A DNA stretch of 63,921 bases, filler included, from Octopus bimaculoides (GCF_001194135.2; 5 parts of 5 records of this genome joined end to end with filler, not necessarily neighbours in it), one strand, 5' to 3'. Counted from the whole stretch's first letter, positions 47,367 through 61,358 are shown. Notes: generated by a model from the sequence alone, not told the origin. A program made the numbers and translations.

Positions 47367-48156
47367 ACAATAGCAATAATAATCATAATAAATCAACTAA
47401 TATCGGAATTTCTTTAGCCATCATTTATGGTGGCCATTCATATAAGTTATTTTAGAAGTGATGTAAGAAATTAGCATGTAAACGAGAGGGCAAATGCATT
47501 TTGTTGTACAGTAGCTAGACTAAAGTTAACTTGATTATGAATAGATGTTCGACTGCTCAAGTGAAAGCCAAATAATAACCTTTGAGTAGACTTCATTATT
47601 ATTAGACAAATATTGAATGTGATGCACTGCGGGCTAAGCATAAATGGTACCAGTTATACAATGGTCAGTCGGCTGTCATTGCAAACAGGGAAATAGTAGC
47701 TAAAATGGAAATTCATTCCTATTTAGTTTGACTGCGAAATTTACTGTTTCATTTGCTTGAGGAGATACAAAGTATTCGTGTATATGTATATATATATATA
47801 TATATATATNNNNNNNNNNNNNNNNNNNNNNNNNNNNNNNNNNNNNNNNNNNNNNNNNNNNNNNNNNNNNNNNNNNNNNNNNNNNNNNNNNNNNNNNNNN
47901 NNNNNNNNNNNNNNNNNNNNNNNNNNNNNNNNNNNNNNNNNNNNNNNNNNNNNNNNNNNNNNNNNNNNNNNNNNNNNNNNNNNNNNNNNNNNNNNNNNNN
48001 NNNNNNNNNNNNNNNNNNNNNNNNNNNNNNNNNNNNNNNNNNNNNNNNNNNNNNNNNNNNNNNNNNNNNNNNNNNNNNNNNNACGGAGAAAACAAGGAGA
48101 AAAACACGGAGAAAAAAAATTGAATGGTGTTCAGTCAACGGTCAATCATATATATA

Positions 48157-48365
48157 TATGAGGGAGTGTTGAAAAGTTCCTTTTCGCGAAAGGCCTGGTT
48201 GGAGGCCCAACCTTCCGAGTTCTTTTACAGGGCTTAGAAAACTGAAGGACTACTACAATACGTGTGTAAATATGAAAGAGGGGTATGTTGAATAAAATCA
48301 TAATTAACTGATCCTCCTGCATTTTCTTTTACCCAAAGCCAGGAATTTTTCATAACTCTCTCGTA
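48157..48365 (+). mobile_element. Mariner-derived MITE, second copy
   Basis: TATGAGGGAGTGTTGAAAAGTTCC ... GCCAGGAATTTTTCATAACTCTCTCGTA; interior colinear with 3700-3916. Confidence 0.8.
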
Positions 48366-48754
48366 TGTGTGTGTGTGTGTGTTTGTGTGTGTGTGCGTGT
48401 GTGCGTGTGTGTGTGTGTGTTTGTGAGTGTGTGTTAAAAAGAGTGTACAGCAGCAAGCACAATCTATAGTACAAGTAATCTGTAACAAAAAATAAAAATT
48501 TTCTCCACACTTGAAGGCATTAAACAGAGATTTTTTAACCTGTATGCTACGGTTAGGTTAAGATTTCTGGGGCATTGTTAGCCAAATAGGGGACAGAAAA
48601 TGTCAAGGAGGCACTATGGTGAAACCCTGGTTGTTTACGTGTATTGTGGTTTATCAAAGAAATACAGTGTCTTAACCAAGTACAAAATATATTCGAAACA
48701 CATTTGACATATTTTCATAGAAATTAAACATTTAAACCAAGTACGATAAATATA

Positions 48755-49143
48755 TTTTACTTGTTTCAGTCATTTCATTGCAGCTATGCTGGTAGCACCT
48801 CCTGAAGAGTCTTTGTCGAACAAATCGATCCTAGGGCTTGATTTTTAAAGCCTAGTACTTATTCTATCATTCCCTTTTTGCTGTACCTCTAACCTACGAG
48901 AACGTAAACACACCAGCACTGGTTGTCAAGCGGTGGTGGGGGACAAACGCAAACAAAAACACACACACACATAGATATATACACATACGACGGGCTTCTT
49001 TCAGTTTCCGCCTACCAAATCTACTCATAAGAGTTTGGTCCACCCAAGACTATAGAAGAAGATACTTGTCCAATGTGCTACACAGTGTGACTGAAACCAT
49101 GTGGTTGGGAAGCAAGCTTTTTACCACGCAGTCACGTCTACGC
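48755..49143 (-). mobile_element. SINE family A, full length
   Basis: Reverse-complement match to 14799-15190. Confidence 0.85.
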
Positions 49144-49978
49144 TTATGTTAACTATATCTTAATAGACCAGATATTTTAACCAGTTACAGTATTTATATA
49201 TAAAAAAAAAAACATTTTCAAAAAGCTTTTGTTGACTTGAGAAAATGACTCAGACATAATGTTATCGGTGAGCAGAAACATTGTTAAATTGTAAAGGTTT
49301 TATACGATTTTATAATACAATCCCTCACTTTTTAGAAGTAAGTTCCATAAAAAAAAAAAAATTAACGTAGTTCTATAAAAAAAAAATTAACGTAAAAATC
49401 CCAAAAGTTGCCCATATTGGATAGGTTATTATAAAATACGAATAATAGGCGGTGGATTGTTTGTATTTGTTTTGTCTCTTTAAATTCTGGGGTCAACGGT
49501 ATCGACTAAAAGTTCCTGGGTCTATGAATGTTTCTACACCTTCACGCTAATATTTCTTAGATGAGTTGTTCTAAGCCTAGATGATAATTGTCCTCTTAGA
49601 GCCTTGGAAAGCATTGTGAGTTAACAAAGAGTGGGTGGTCTTGATATCATAGATAAACGAACTTCTCGTCACATCACCATGCATTTAAAACAAGAGGCAA
49701 TCGTAATGTACTACATAACACTAACATGAAACAAAACCTGATAGGAAACCGTTTGTAAACAGCATATCTATTTTATATGGGATTCCGTATAAAAACTAGA
49801 CGATTAAAGATGGAAGACATCATGACAGCGCATCGAATAATGATCAACGTAGGGTTATCTCAAACAACAAGCGCACTTTAACTGTAGAATAGAAACAATG
49901 AACAGTCAAAAAAAAAAAAACTCAATACCTACAATAATGACATTAGTGTAAAAAGGAAAAATGAAATGCACGAGGAAA

Positions 49979-50052
49979 AGCCAATTGCTTCTGCCTAGGC
50001 AACAACACATAGCAACATCAATTACGTAATCAAGAAGATGAGCGCGTGCGAG
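49979..50052. promoter_or_regulatory. Cluster of transcription-factor motifs (CCAAT, RFX, PAR-bZIP)
   Basis: AGCCAAT (49979-85), CTGCCTAGGCAAC (49991-50003), CATAGCAAC (50008-16), palindrome ATTACGTAAT (50021-30), GCGCGTGCG. Confidence 0.35.
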
Positions 50053-50407
50053 TCTCGAAGCCTTGATGGAATTGGGGATTTTACTGTTGAAAAAGGAAAA
50101 AAAATGTAATGATCTCATAAGGACGTATGAATGAAGAAGAATTAACATAAACATAGTCGTGCTTTAACTATACATTTAAGAGNNNNNNNNNNNNNNNNNN
50201 NNNNNNNNNNNNNNNNNNNNNNNNNNNNNNNNNNNNNNNNNNNNNNNNNNNNNNNNNNNNNNNNNNNNNNNNNNNNNNNNNNNNNNNNNNNNNNNNNNNN
50301 NNNNNNNNNNNNNNNNNNNNNNNNNNNNNNNNNNNNNNNNNNNTAATTACATACTCGTATATGTATACACACGCACACTCTCATAGGTGCGCGCACACAC
50401 ACACACA

Positions 50408-50441
<34 letters not shown>

Positions 50442-50686
50442 AGCATGTATGAGTATGTGTAATATTTTGTTGTCACTTTTCATGTTAATGAATGGTTGTT
50501 GGAAGTTAGGTGATCTCGGTATGTGTTTGTTTGTAATTACCGTGGTCGTAATTGCTGCTAATAGCCTAGTTGCTCTTTTATTGTTGTTGGTGTTGTTGTT
50601 GTTGTTGTTGTCGTCGTTGCTCAATTATGATGATGATGATGATGATGATGATGAAGACGAATGACGAATACGAACTACTTACATAC

Positions 50687-50771
<85 letters not shown>

Positions 50772-50867
50772 CACACACATACACGCACGCACACACATAC
50801 ATACAAATACATACACACATACACACGCACGCACACATATACATACATACATACATACATACATACC

Positions 50868-50911
<44 letters not shown>

Positions 50912-51117
50912 TCGTCAAATGAAAATTTAGCGGCAACATCAGACCTCTTACATTATGTTCTCTCACATCCCAGGTCTCAGCATCCCCTACCTCATACTCA
51001 TACTCTCCTTCTTAGCCCCCCCTCCGCACCCTACTCCATCTCTCCCACTCTTCTCGAAATATAAGTGTCGTCTNNNNNNNNNNNNNNNNNNNNNNNNNNN
51101 NNNNNNNNNNNNNNNNN

Positions 51118-51129
51118 TTAATTAATTAA
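51118..51129. other. Artificial scaffold linker
   Basis: N44-TTAATTAATTAA-N44. Confidence 0.9.
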
Positions 51130-51188
51130 NNNNNNNNNNNNNNNNNNNNNNNNNNNNNNNNNNNNNNNNNNNNAAATAGATTCATTCA

Positions 51189-51234
<46 letters not shown>

Positions 51235-51712
51235 GGTGGGGGTAGACACATATACATGTACATACACATATAAACACATGCATATATGTATATGCACAAC
51301 ATTACCCTCGCATGTTCACAGACACAGAAATAAGAGTGAGCTCGAAAGCTAAAAGTTTGACCTTATTTTACTGTTTTCATGTCCACTTAAAAGGACCCTT
51401 ATGTTATATATATATATATTTTTTTTTTGACATACATATATACACACACAATTTATATAAATATACTCATCTGTCTGTTTTTTTATTTTTTTTATTCAAT
51501 ATTTTCATACGACATTTTCTTCTTATGTTGTGTTGAAAGCGGGGTGGTGCATGCAGGATTTTCGTTGGCTATTTCAAAGAGTTAATATATATAAAAAGTA
51601 CCGGACTAATTTCTTTACAGTGCTCAGACATTTAACCCACCACCACCACCACCTCGTATTATCTAGTACATACACTATATCATGAGAACCATTTCATTGT
51701 AATCCTTTCTCC

Positions 51713-52125
51713 TGAAGGCACAAGGCCTGGAATTTGGGGGCAGGGTACTATTTGATTACATCGACCACAGTGTTCAACTGGTACTCATTTTATCGACCCC
51801 GAAAGGATGAAAGACAAAGTCGGTCGACCCTGGCGGAATTCGAACTGTGAACGTAAGGATGGATGAAATTCCGCTAAGCATTTTTCTCGGAATGCTAACG
51901 ATTCTACCAGCTCACCGCTTTAACACGATATGGGTATATTGGGCTTCGTATATTTGTACCCCAGCATCTCTTTGAAGGCGTGTGCTACTATCTCACTCAA
52001 TAATTTCTGTATTTTGATAATGATAATTCTTTCTAATTTCTGGCACAACTCTAGCAATGTTGGAAAGTCAATTAGTTGGACCCCAGTGCTCAACTGGTAC
52101 TTATATTATCGGCCCAGATAGAATG
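51713..52125 (-). mobile_element. SINE B - family H - SINE B chain
   Basis: SINE B at 51713-51919, family H at ~51925-52010, SINE B 3' part at ~52030-52125. Confidence 0.7.
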
Positions 52126-52309
52126 GTCAGAAGAAATCCCGTTGAAAATATTTCCGGCTACAACATATTTGATATCTCTTTGCACGTCTAACTTTTAGAA
52201 GTCCGCTCTAAACTTATATGCAGGAATTTTATAATAACGGTACAGCTACGGATAACACTGTAGCGATTCAGTACTGAGGCATACTGACCTTAGTTGTTAT
52301 TCTAAGACA

Positions 52310-53228
52310 GCATCAGTATATACTAGAGTAAGAAGAAGGAAAAGGACAAGCGAAGAGAGCAGGGAAATGATGTAGTGCTAATCGGAAAGTGAACCTAAAG
52401 TAAGAAGTTACAGAAAAGGTGTGTTAGCAATTTGGGTAAAGAAAAAATGTTTGAAATAACAGAGCAGAGACTAGTGCATCAGGCTAATGTTATTAGGAGA
52501 GAAAAGAAGAATGATAAAATTGCAGGTAGACGAGACCACAAGAGAACTTTAAAAAATGACCAAGAAGTAGAACAAGCCGAACAACATGAGTGATACAGTT
52601 CAAGTCAAAGAAGAGCCTACAAGAAAAAATAATAGTACTACCAATCAGGAAGGGAAAACTGATACCAGCGACTTAAGTGAGGGAGATCAGAAGACTTTAG
52701 ATAAGTTGAAGGAACAGTGAGTAAAGAAGAAAGAAAAAGATTACCAACATTAAAAGGTGTTAATAGAAGTTAAGTTGCTAGATATTAGTAGGAAAGTAGA
52801 TTCTGTTATCAGCAGGGTACATGAACCTTGTAAAGTGCTAGAAGGCAAGAAATATAAAATGTGGTGGGATTTTAATATTCAGACTGACAGAGTAATAGAA
52901 GCTAGAAGGCCAGATTTAGTAGTAGTAGACGAAGAGAACAGAATGTGTCAACGATAAGAATATGAGAGGCATAAAGAAAATAAAGTGCCAGTAACGAGAC
53001 ATTGAATTACAGAAGCTATGGAAAGTGCGGGTAAAATGTATCCTTGTGACTATAAGTGAATTAAGAACTATTCATTAAGATTTGAATCGATGGATAAAGG
53101 AAATAAGTATAAAAACTTGTTGGAGCGCAGTTCCAGAAAATTTAAGGTTCCTTGGTGAAGCCTGACGTTTGGTATATTTGTCAATAGTCTAATCTGTTAT
53201 GCGTATATGAAATACTAATAATAATAAT
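52310..53228 (+). mobile_element. Internally deleted R4/Dong-type element (N-terminus fused to the REL domain), (TAA)n tail
   Basis: EPKVRSYRKGVLAIW / MFEITEQRLVHQANVIRR / LPTLKGVNRS, then directly KYKMWWDFNIQTDRVIEARRPDLVVVD and ELQKLWKVRVK; no RT motifs. Confidence 0.7.
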
Positions 53229-53468
53229 ATATACAATACAAACTGTCCATGAAAACTCCGACTAACACATTCAGTCAGTCTTGTGTTCTAGCCTATGCAG
53301 TATCATAGTAACGTGTCTTTATACGGTCTATTCCTGGTTGATTCCATATCGGAGATTCTCCAGAGCATCCGATTAATGGATCAGCTTAAATCAATTATGA
53401 GAGTCTACTATGGTATTAAGTAATTATTCTCTTGTTCGTAATAAAAAAAAGTAGCGTGTATGTATGTA

Positions 53469-53514
<46 letters not shown>

Positions 53515-53638
53515 CACTCATAAATATTCACATGCATATATATATGTGTATGCCCATTGTATATGTGTCAATATGCATACATACAGGAAGATAGAGGAGG
53601 GACACAAAGAAAGACAAACTCAGAGATAAATTGTGTGC

Positions 53639-53673
<35 letters not shown>

Positions 53674-53862
53674 CGAAAGAGGGAGAGAGAGAGAGAGAGC
53701 GAAAGAGGGAGAGAGAGAGAGAGAGATACAGATAGTCAAACAGGCAGGTAAACAGACTGCATATAGAGACAGACACAGGAAGGGAGAAAGATGAGATAGA
53801 GGGAGAGAGATAAAGAAAATTGACAGTAAAATATATTAATAGAAATATTAGAACCATATCTA

Positions 53863-53977
<115 letters not shown>

Positions 53978-55122
53978 ATATATATGTATATATATATATA
54001 TGTATGTATTAATACATTTACATATATGGACTCACATTCATAAACGCACACATTATATATGTGCGTGGCTGCCAGTAATGTGTACGTATGAGGTTTGTGT
54101 GTATGCATTTAAACGTGTGTTCTCGTGTGTGAATAAGGGCTGTTGTTATATTTTATGTATACACGCTTCAATACTTGCATATATGATGTACGTATACTCT
54201 CGTGTATCAGTACTTTGTTCTTTTGGTACTGTATATATGAATGCAAATATAATCTTGATTCAATACACAATAACACATAAAATTCCCATAAACATAGGAA
54301 TATACATGTATGGCTGTCTGTTTGCGCGCAGGTGCGTGTATACGTGAAGTATACAAACATCTGTGTGTGTGTATGTATATACGTATATGTGTGTGTGTAT
54401 TGTATATACTTTTAGGTAAAATGTTACATTGGCATATATGTGTGTGGATGTTTATATTTATGTGTGTGTGTGTGTGTGTGTGTGCATACATATACACAGG
54501 CACTAATATTTATGCGACCCTCTCTATAATTATATGCACAGATATATGTATACACATAGATTAATACTTGTGCACACACGTGAATACAGGTATGTAAATG
54601 CCTCTATATTACACGTGTTATGTTCGATGTATGAGTGTATGTATGTATGTATGTATGTATGTATGTTTATGTATCCAGGGGAGCATGCGTGTTAATATGT
54701 ACAATTGCTCGAGTTAATATATACGTTAGTTTTTAGCATTTCTTACTTTCAACTGTTTCGGTTTCCCTCTCTGGTTTTATCTCCCTTTCTGAATGTATAT
54801 ATTATGTATGTAGAGGTATGCACACCAATATAGATATATGTATGTGTGTATATATATATATATGTGTGTGTGTACACACATACGCGCGCGCATACATAAA
54901 CACATAGATTAATATGTCTATCTATATATATCTCTACATACAATGTATAGATGTTTGTATAGTTTGTTTTAACATAAGGCGCATGCATTCACATTCATGC
55001 TTCAATACTTATACACGAATGTGTATATAAATTTGAGTGAGTTTGTAAGTGTCTCTGTAAACGTATGCACAAATATATACACGCAAATATATACACATAT
55101 ACACGCAAATATATATTTGCGG

Positions 55123-55185
<63 letters not shown>

Positions 55186-56394
55186 TATATATACATGCAG
55201 AGAGAAAGAGAGATACACTGATACATATATTTATACATACATACACATGAATATATATTGGTAACTCAGGACTTACGTTTATGTGAGTGACAATGTACAT
55301 TTATTCCAGTACAAGTTTACAGAATTGTATATGTGTGTTCGTATGTATAAATGTATGGACATACATGTATACATACATACATACATACATACACACATAT
55401 ATACACATATCCACTTATGTATGTATATATGTACAGACTCATACGCGCGCATACACACATACACACGCAGCTGTGTAAAATTGTGGAAATGTTTGTATTT
55501 GTGTAATGCCTGTGGACGCTGTCGCCTCAATGAAACTTTTCCCTGAGCCATAAAAACTTTTATCTACTAATAATAAACAGGCAACGTTTGACAACTTATC
55601 AGACAACATGGCTGCTGGTTTACAGGCTTAAACAATGGCCGCTTTGCTAGACTCCATCTTGTCTTTACTGTATAATTTACCACTTTGAACGCAATACTGA
55701 CTATTGCACGATTTTATTTTCTAATTTTGACTCTTAATGGTTTCGATAGCTTAGTATCAATTACCCATATCAGGTTATAAATATAGTTCTTGGATTTTAT
55801 AGTGCTATACTTTCACAAAGACTTAAGACTTAAGAAATCATTGCTTGTTTCTACCAGAAACGTTTAAAATGGCTCAAGAATCTCTCCAAAAGAAAATATA
55901 TTTCTTTGTGTGTATGTCTAAGTAAACTTGGAATAGAATAGTATTTGTTGTGTGTTTTGGGAATTGAGTCTACTTGTAGTAGCTACTATTGATGTTATTT
56001 CTTCAAGTTTCTGATGGGGATTCTTTTTGTGTGTGGTTGTTTTACTTTGTTGAATTGTTTTTGTTTGTCTGTATGTCTGTCGACCCTGGACGGCTCTAAT
56101 GAAATAAATCTATGATCAAAAAAATATTCCAGCTGTCACCACACCGTTTCGTTTACAGTGTATCTAGGATCACATTATCCTATGTGTCCATTGTTTAAGA
56201 CGATGCAGTATGAGCGTGAAGATATTTTGGTTGTTATTTCTAGCAAGATAACCGACGACGCAGAAGCCATTTTCCATGTGTCCATTGTTTACGACCATAG
56301 AGCATGACTTTGAAGATAACTATTTCTAGCATGTTGAGTGGTAATGCAGAAGCCCTATCATTGAATGTTTGTGGTTGGTGGACTTTGTATAATT

Positions 56395-56658
56395 CAGTGG
56401 TTCCCAACCAAGGCCCGTATGACCCTTGAAGGCCCACAAAAAATTTTGTTGTTAAAACGTATGTACAATAAATTGGTCATACTTCTACAACACACAAAAT
56501 ATTTTAATTTTTTTTGTATACAACTCTTAATATTTAATTATAAAGATACAATAGGGTTTTATATATATTTACTTATCTCGAATAGCTATAGAAATTCAGT
56601 AGAATTAAATAGAAATCACAGGGGTCCACAAGCAAAAAAAAATGGTTCAGAATCACTG
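56395..56658. mobile_element. hAT (Charlie-like) MITE
   Basis: CAGTGGTTCCCAACC ... GGTTCAGAATCACTG; 8-bp flanks GTATAATT/TTATAGTT (6/8). Confidence 0.75.
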
Positions 56659-57894
56659 TTATAGTTGGTAGAGCTTATTGTATCATTTATTTTAATAAAG
56701 TAAAAAGTGATTTGAGAGAAATCTGACTGCTCTGTCTAGCATACATATACATCTTTCGAAGATCTCCTAAACGTCAGTTTGTGACAACATCTGTCACCAT
56801 CACCGCCTTCACTATCTCCAACATCACAACCAAGATGTCACCAATCACCAACCATTTTCTTTCTTTTCATTCGATCACCCAACTACCTTCACCGAAATTA
56901 GAATCACCTACCGCCTGCCCCATCTGTCCTCATAAACAAGGAACCACCGCCACCGTCGTTGCCCGGACGTATTAACACATTTCGCTTCCACTAACACAAC
57001 ACTATCAGCATCTCCCACTTCAACTCTTGCCCGAATATTAACCAGTCACTATTTACCATCACCGACCATCCGACTCCTCCACCGCCGACAACGACCACCA
57101 CTGTCACCACCAGCGTCGCCACTAATTTACGGTAATATCTAACCATTCCAAAGTCACGCCCACGCTATCAATCATCACAATCAGTCTCAGCAAAACTACC
57201 ACTACCTCTGAAGAACTACTACTACTACCACCTCTTAAGAATCCAAGCCGACCACCACCGACCAAAAGCAAGACAAAATACCCACACCTCCCATTATAGT
57301 TTGCAGTCTGCCGACACTGTCAGTTGACTTCCGGTGAGAAGATTATAACTTCCGCCCGAGCCACAACTCAATTGATACACTTTACTCCGGTGAATATTGA
57401 TTGAACTGTTCAAGCGTAGAGCGAGAAGGAATTAGTTAGGGATGGGATGTGGGAGAAGAGATTTGTGGGTGATGGGGGAGGTGTGTTCGTGACAATTGGG
57501 CGAAGACATCCCCACCAAAACACAAATAAACTGTTTCACAATAATACAAACAGTATTCTTACCACTCCCACCATAACCACCTCCACCGCCATCATCATCA
57601 TCATCATTGTCATCCTGATCATCGTCTTCATCCTGACCAAAATTCTCACCATCATCGCTGTAGACGTCTTCACCGCCGTCATCATCATCATCAACGCCCC
57701 ATTATATTCCTCATAATCGTTAACATCATAATGATGGCCCATCACACTCATCTCGACAATTTGGCGGCTGCAATAATAATAATAATCATCACCGTCCTTC
57801 CAGCCATCGCCATCACAATCATCATCATCATCATCATCATCAACATAATTGTTGTCGATGTCATCGTTCTTATCATCATCATCAATATGATCTT

Positions 57895-58320
57895 TTCACT
57901 AACGAGGCGGACGGGCAGAATCGCTGGCATGCTTAACGGCATTTTGACTACCTTTACATTCTGAGTTCAAATACCACCGAGGTTGACTTTGTCTTTCTTC
58001 CTTCTGGGGTTGATAAAATAAGTACCAGTTGAGCACACAAATCGATAAAATAAGTTCCAGTTGAGCAATGGAATCGATGAAATAGGTCCAGTTGAGCACA
58101 GAAATCAATAAAATAAGGTCTAGTTGAGTACGGAAATCGATAAAATAAGGTCTAGTTTTGAGCACGGAAATCGATAAATTAAGGTCCAGTTGAGCACACA
58201 AATTGATAAAATAAAAACTAGTTAAGTACAGAAATCGATAAAATAAGAACCAGTTGAGTAATGGAGCTGGTTGTCCCTCCCTCGAAATTGCTGACCTTAT
58301 GCCAAAATTTGAAACCAATA
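57895..58320 (+). mobile_element. SINE family B carrying an internal tandem expansion
   Basis: Head GAGGCGGACGGGCAGAATCG...CTGAGTTCAAAT, array, then the normal end GACCTTATGCCAAAATTTGAAACC. Confidence 0.8.
58012..58268 (+). repeat. SINE-derived minisatellite, 8 units of about 32 bp
   Basis: Units GATAAAATAAG..C.AGTTGAG.AC.GAAATC start at 58012, 58044, 58076, 58107, 58139, 58173, 58205 and 58237. Confidence 0.9.
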
Positions 58321-58775
58321 TGACCTTCTCGCATCATCAGCCAATCAATTCATACACCGCCACAAACCACTACACCAGCAATTACGTCAGCAACAGCAAC
58401 AACACTAGTACAGATAACAACTGCAACAGTAACAACGAGAAAATACCTACCCGGCCGCTCGAACCTCTAGAAATAGCAACCAAATCTCTACTCTAATCAC
58501 AGTTAGCACTCTAAAAACCAGACATACAACAGTAAGCTTCCTAACAGGTGCAGGCATGGTGGTGAGCTAATAAGCTTGCTTCCCAACCACATGGTTCTGG
58601 GTTCAGTCCTACTGACTCTTGGGCCGAGAGCTTTGTGCAAGTTTAATAATTGACATACAAGAAGCTGTCGATCCTTGAGTCACTTCCTAACTTCTGCTGT
58701 TTGAAAAAAGTAGAGAGGGAGGGGGTAAAGAGAAAGGGATGGATGGATATTCGTGATTTGAGTTCTTACAACACC

Positions 58776-58840
<65 letters not shown>

Positions 58841-59091
58841 GTGTNNNNNNNNNNNNNNNNNNNNNNNNNNNNNNNNNNNNNNNNNNNNNNNNNNNNNNNN
58901 NNNNNNNNNNNNNNNNNNNNNNNNNNNNNNNNNNNNNNNNNNNNNNNNNNNNNNNNNNNNNNNNNNNNNNNNNNNNNNNNNNNNNNNNNNNNNNNNNNNN
59001 NNNNNNNNNNNNNNNNNNNNNNNNNNNNNNNNNNNNNNNNNNNNNNNNNNNNNNNNNNNNNNNNNNNNNNNNNNNNNNNNNNNNNNNNNNN

Positions 59092-59150
<59 letters not shown>

Positions 59151-60017
59151 GTGTATACACACACATATATATATATATTATTTGTATGTATGCATATACT
59201 TGCATTCATGTAGTCACATACTAATATAAACATCTTTATAAATGCTTGAACACTGAGTACACTTAGATATTAATTCATACTGACACGCTCACGGCTAGAC
59301 AAATGACGTTGACTCACACACATCGACACATATACATTAGACAGACAGACAGGTAGCTAGATAGAGAGAGAGAGATAGAGAGGGAGAGAGAGAGGTTCAA
59401 AATAGGTACATTAAAACAAGTATGCATACCTGCATTGAAATATACATGATCACACACAAATTTGTCAGACGGAATAAAAAAAATAACAAAAATCAATTGC
59501 AACTCAAAATAGATAAATACATAGACCGGAAGTCGTATTTTCTTTAGGTCAGAAAACCACCATCTATTTACATGTAAAGTAGATCCTCNNNNNNNNNNTG
59601 TTTGGTATTTTTCTTCGGCCTACTTTCACTTTCCGTTTCTATTTTATATTTTACTTTCACTTTGTTTATGATTATTATTATTGCTATTATCATTTTGATG
59701 ATGGGTGAGGATGATGCATGACTTTCCGCCTTCCTTCCTCCAGACTAGATCTCAGCATCTCACGATTTGAGTAAATGATCTAATTCACCCGGATGTGCGA
59801 AGGCTGTGTGACAAACTTATTTACTTAAGAACCATTAAGTATCACCTACCCCCACTCTTGTCCACATGCGCCTCTCAGTAAACGCCTCCCCCTCGTTAAT
59901 ACCGCCACCGACACCACCAGCGCCATTAGACCTCTATTTAGCACGGCCAGTTGAATCTAACGATTTCTGCTGATGATGTTATTTCTGTTGCTGTTGATGT
60001 TATTACTGTCATGCCTC

Positions 60018-60049
<32 letters not shown>

Positions 60050-60239
60050 TTTTAACACGACAGCTATTACATTAAATTATCATTAGATTACTCCGTTTAA
60101 TTTATAGCCTTCCGTATACGTCTATACATACATACATACACGCACATATGCACACGTACATACGTGCATACAATCCTAATGTGCGTTTAGAGGTTCAGCT
60201 GAACTCCCTTTCATTTCATTAATGTGTTTTATATATACG

Positions 60240-60440
60240 CTTTAACTTTTAATTTTTTCGACATCAATTTGTAAACAAATGTTTTCTTCTACATCTTCCG
60301 CTTGAAATTCATCATAATCACCGTGATCTCTTTTTCTTTTCACTTCTCGGTAGAACCGCTTTACATTCTCAGCACAAATCTTGCTGATGACATGTTTGTC
60401 TTTCAATCTTCTACGTTCGAGAAAATAAAGTACCATTGAA
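60240..60440 (-). mobile_element. R4/Dong-type LINE fragment (pre-RT region)
   Basis: NVKRFYREVKRKRDHGDYDEFQAEDVEE resembles the FY..L...EEVE.FW segment of these elements. Confidence 0.4.
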
Positions 60441-60469
60441 GTACTGCGGTCGATTCTATCGACTAACCG

Positions 60470-60725
60470 TTTCCCCTGAGTTCAAATTCCGCCGAGGCCC
60501 ACAATGCATTTCGTCCTTTCTGGGTCAATAAAATAAATACCAGCTGAGTGCTGAGTTTGATGTAATCGACTTATACCCTTCCCCCGATAATGTTGGCCTT
60601 GGGCCAAAATATGAAATCATTAAGGCGGCGATCCGCCAAAATCGTTAGCCTATTCAGTAAAGTGTTTAGCAGCATTTCTTCCGACTCTATGTTCTCAGTT
60701 CAAATTCCACCGAGATCAACTGGAT
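60470..60725 (+). mobile_element. Two tandem SINE family B copies (partial)
   Basis: The first ends GGCCAAAATATGAAATCAT; the second starts TAAGGCGGCG at ~60620. Confidence 0.7.
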
Positions 60726-61069
60726 ACGTTTTAATGATTATAGTGGTGATTCCGCTAAAAGTCTTTTTGACACTTGATCGAATTCGTTGAATTCTAGTTG
60801 GCTTGGCAAGGTACATTGTATGTGATTGTTTATGTTACACATGGAGCGAACTTGTTTCATATATTTTTAGAAAGCCAGAACGTTTTAAGTGCACTGAAGT
60901 CTCACCAAAGTGAAAGTCCCGACCACTCCCGTTATTTTCTGAATGACCATAAATTCTCTTAGTTCCATGAAGAGGTTTTCAATGTGATTGGTCTATTGCA
61001 AGATTTTAGGCATTGCTGTGTTATTGCGTTATTTTGCCCTCACATGGGTTAGTAAGAAAATGTTTAGGG

Positions 61070-61219
61070 AGCAGACGTGGCTGTATAGTAAAAAGTTTGC
61101 TTCCTTACCACATGGTTCCAAGTTCAGTTTCATTGTGTGACACCTTGGGCAAGCGTGTTCTATCATAGACCAACAAAGTCTTATGAGTTCATTTAGTGAA
61201 CAGAAAACTGAGACGGCCG

Positions 61220-61220
<1 letters not shown>
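61070..61220 (+). mobile_element. SINE family A head
   Basis: CGTGGCTGTATAGTAAAAAGTTTGC...CACCTTGGGCAAG...GACCAACAAAG. Confidence 0.75.
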
Positions 61221-61302
<82 letters not shown>

Positions 61303-61346
61303 NNNNNNNNNNNNNNNNNNNNNNNNNNNNNNNNNNNNNNNNNNNN

Positions 61347-61358
61347 TTAATTAATTAA
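61347..61358. other. Artificial scaffold linker
   Basis: N44-TTAATTAATTAA-N44. Confidence 0.9.

Noticed and set aside
58012-58268. CRISPR-like array
   Set aside because: Units are contiguous with no unique spacers, derive from a SINE, and lie in eukaryotic DNA without cas genes.
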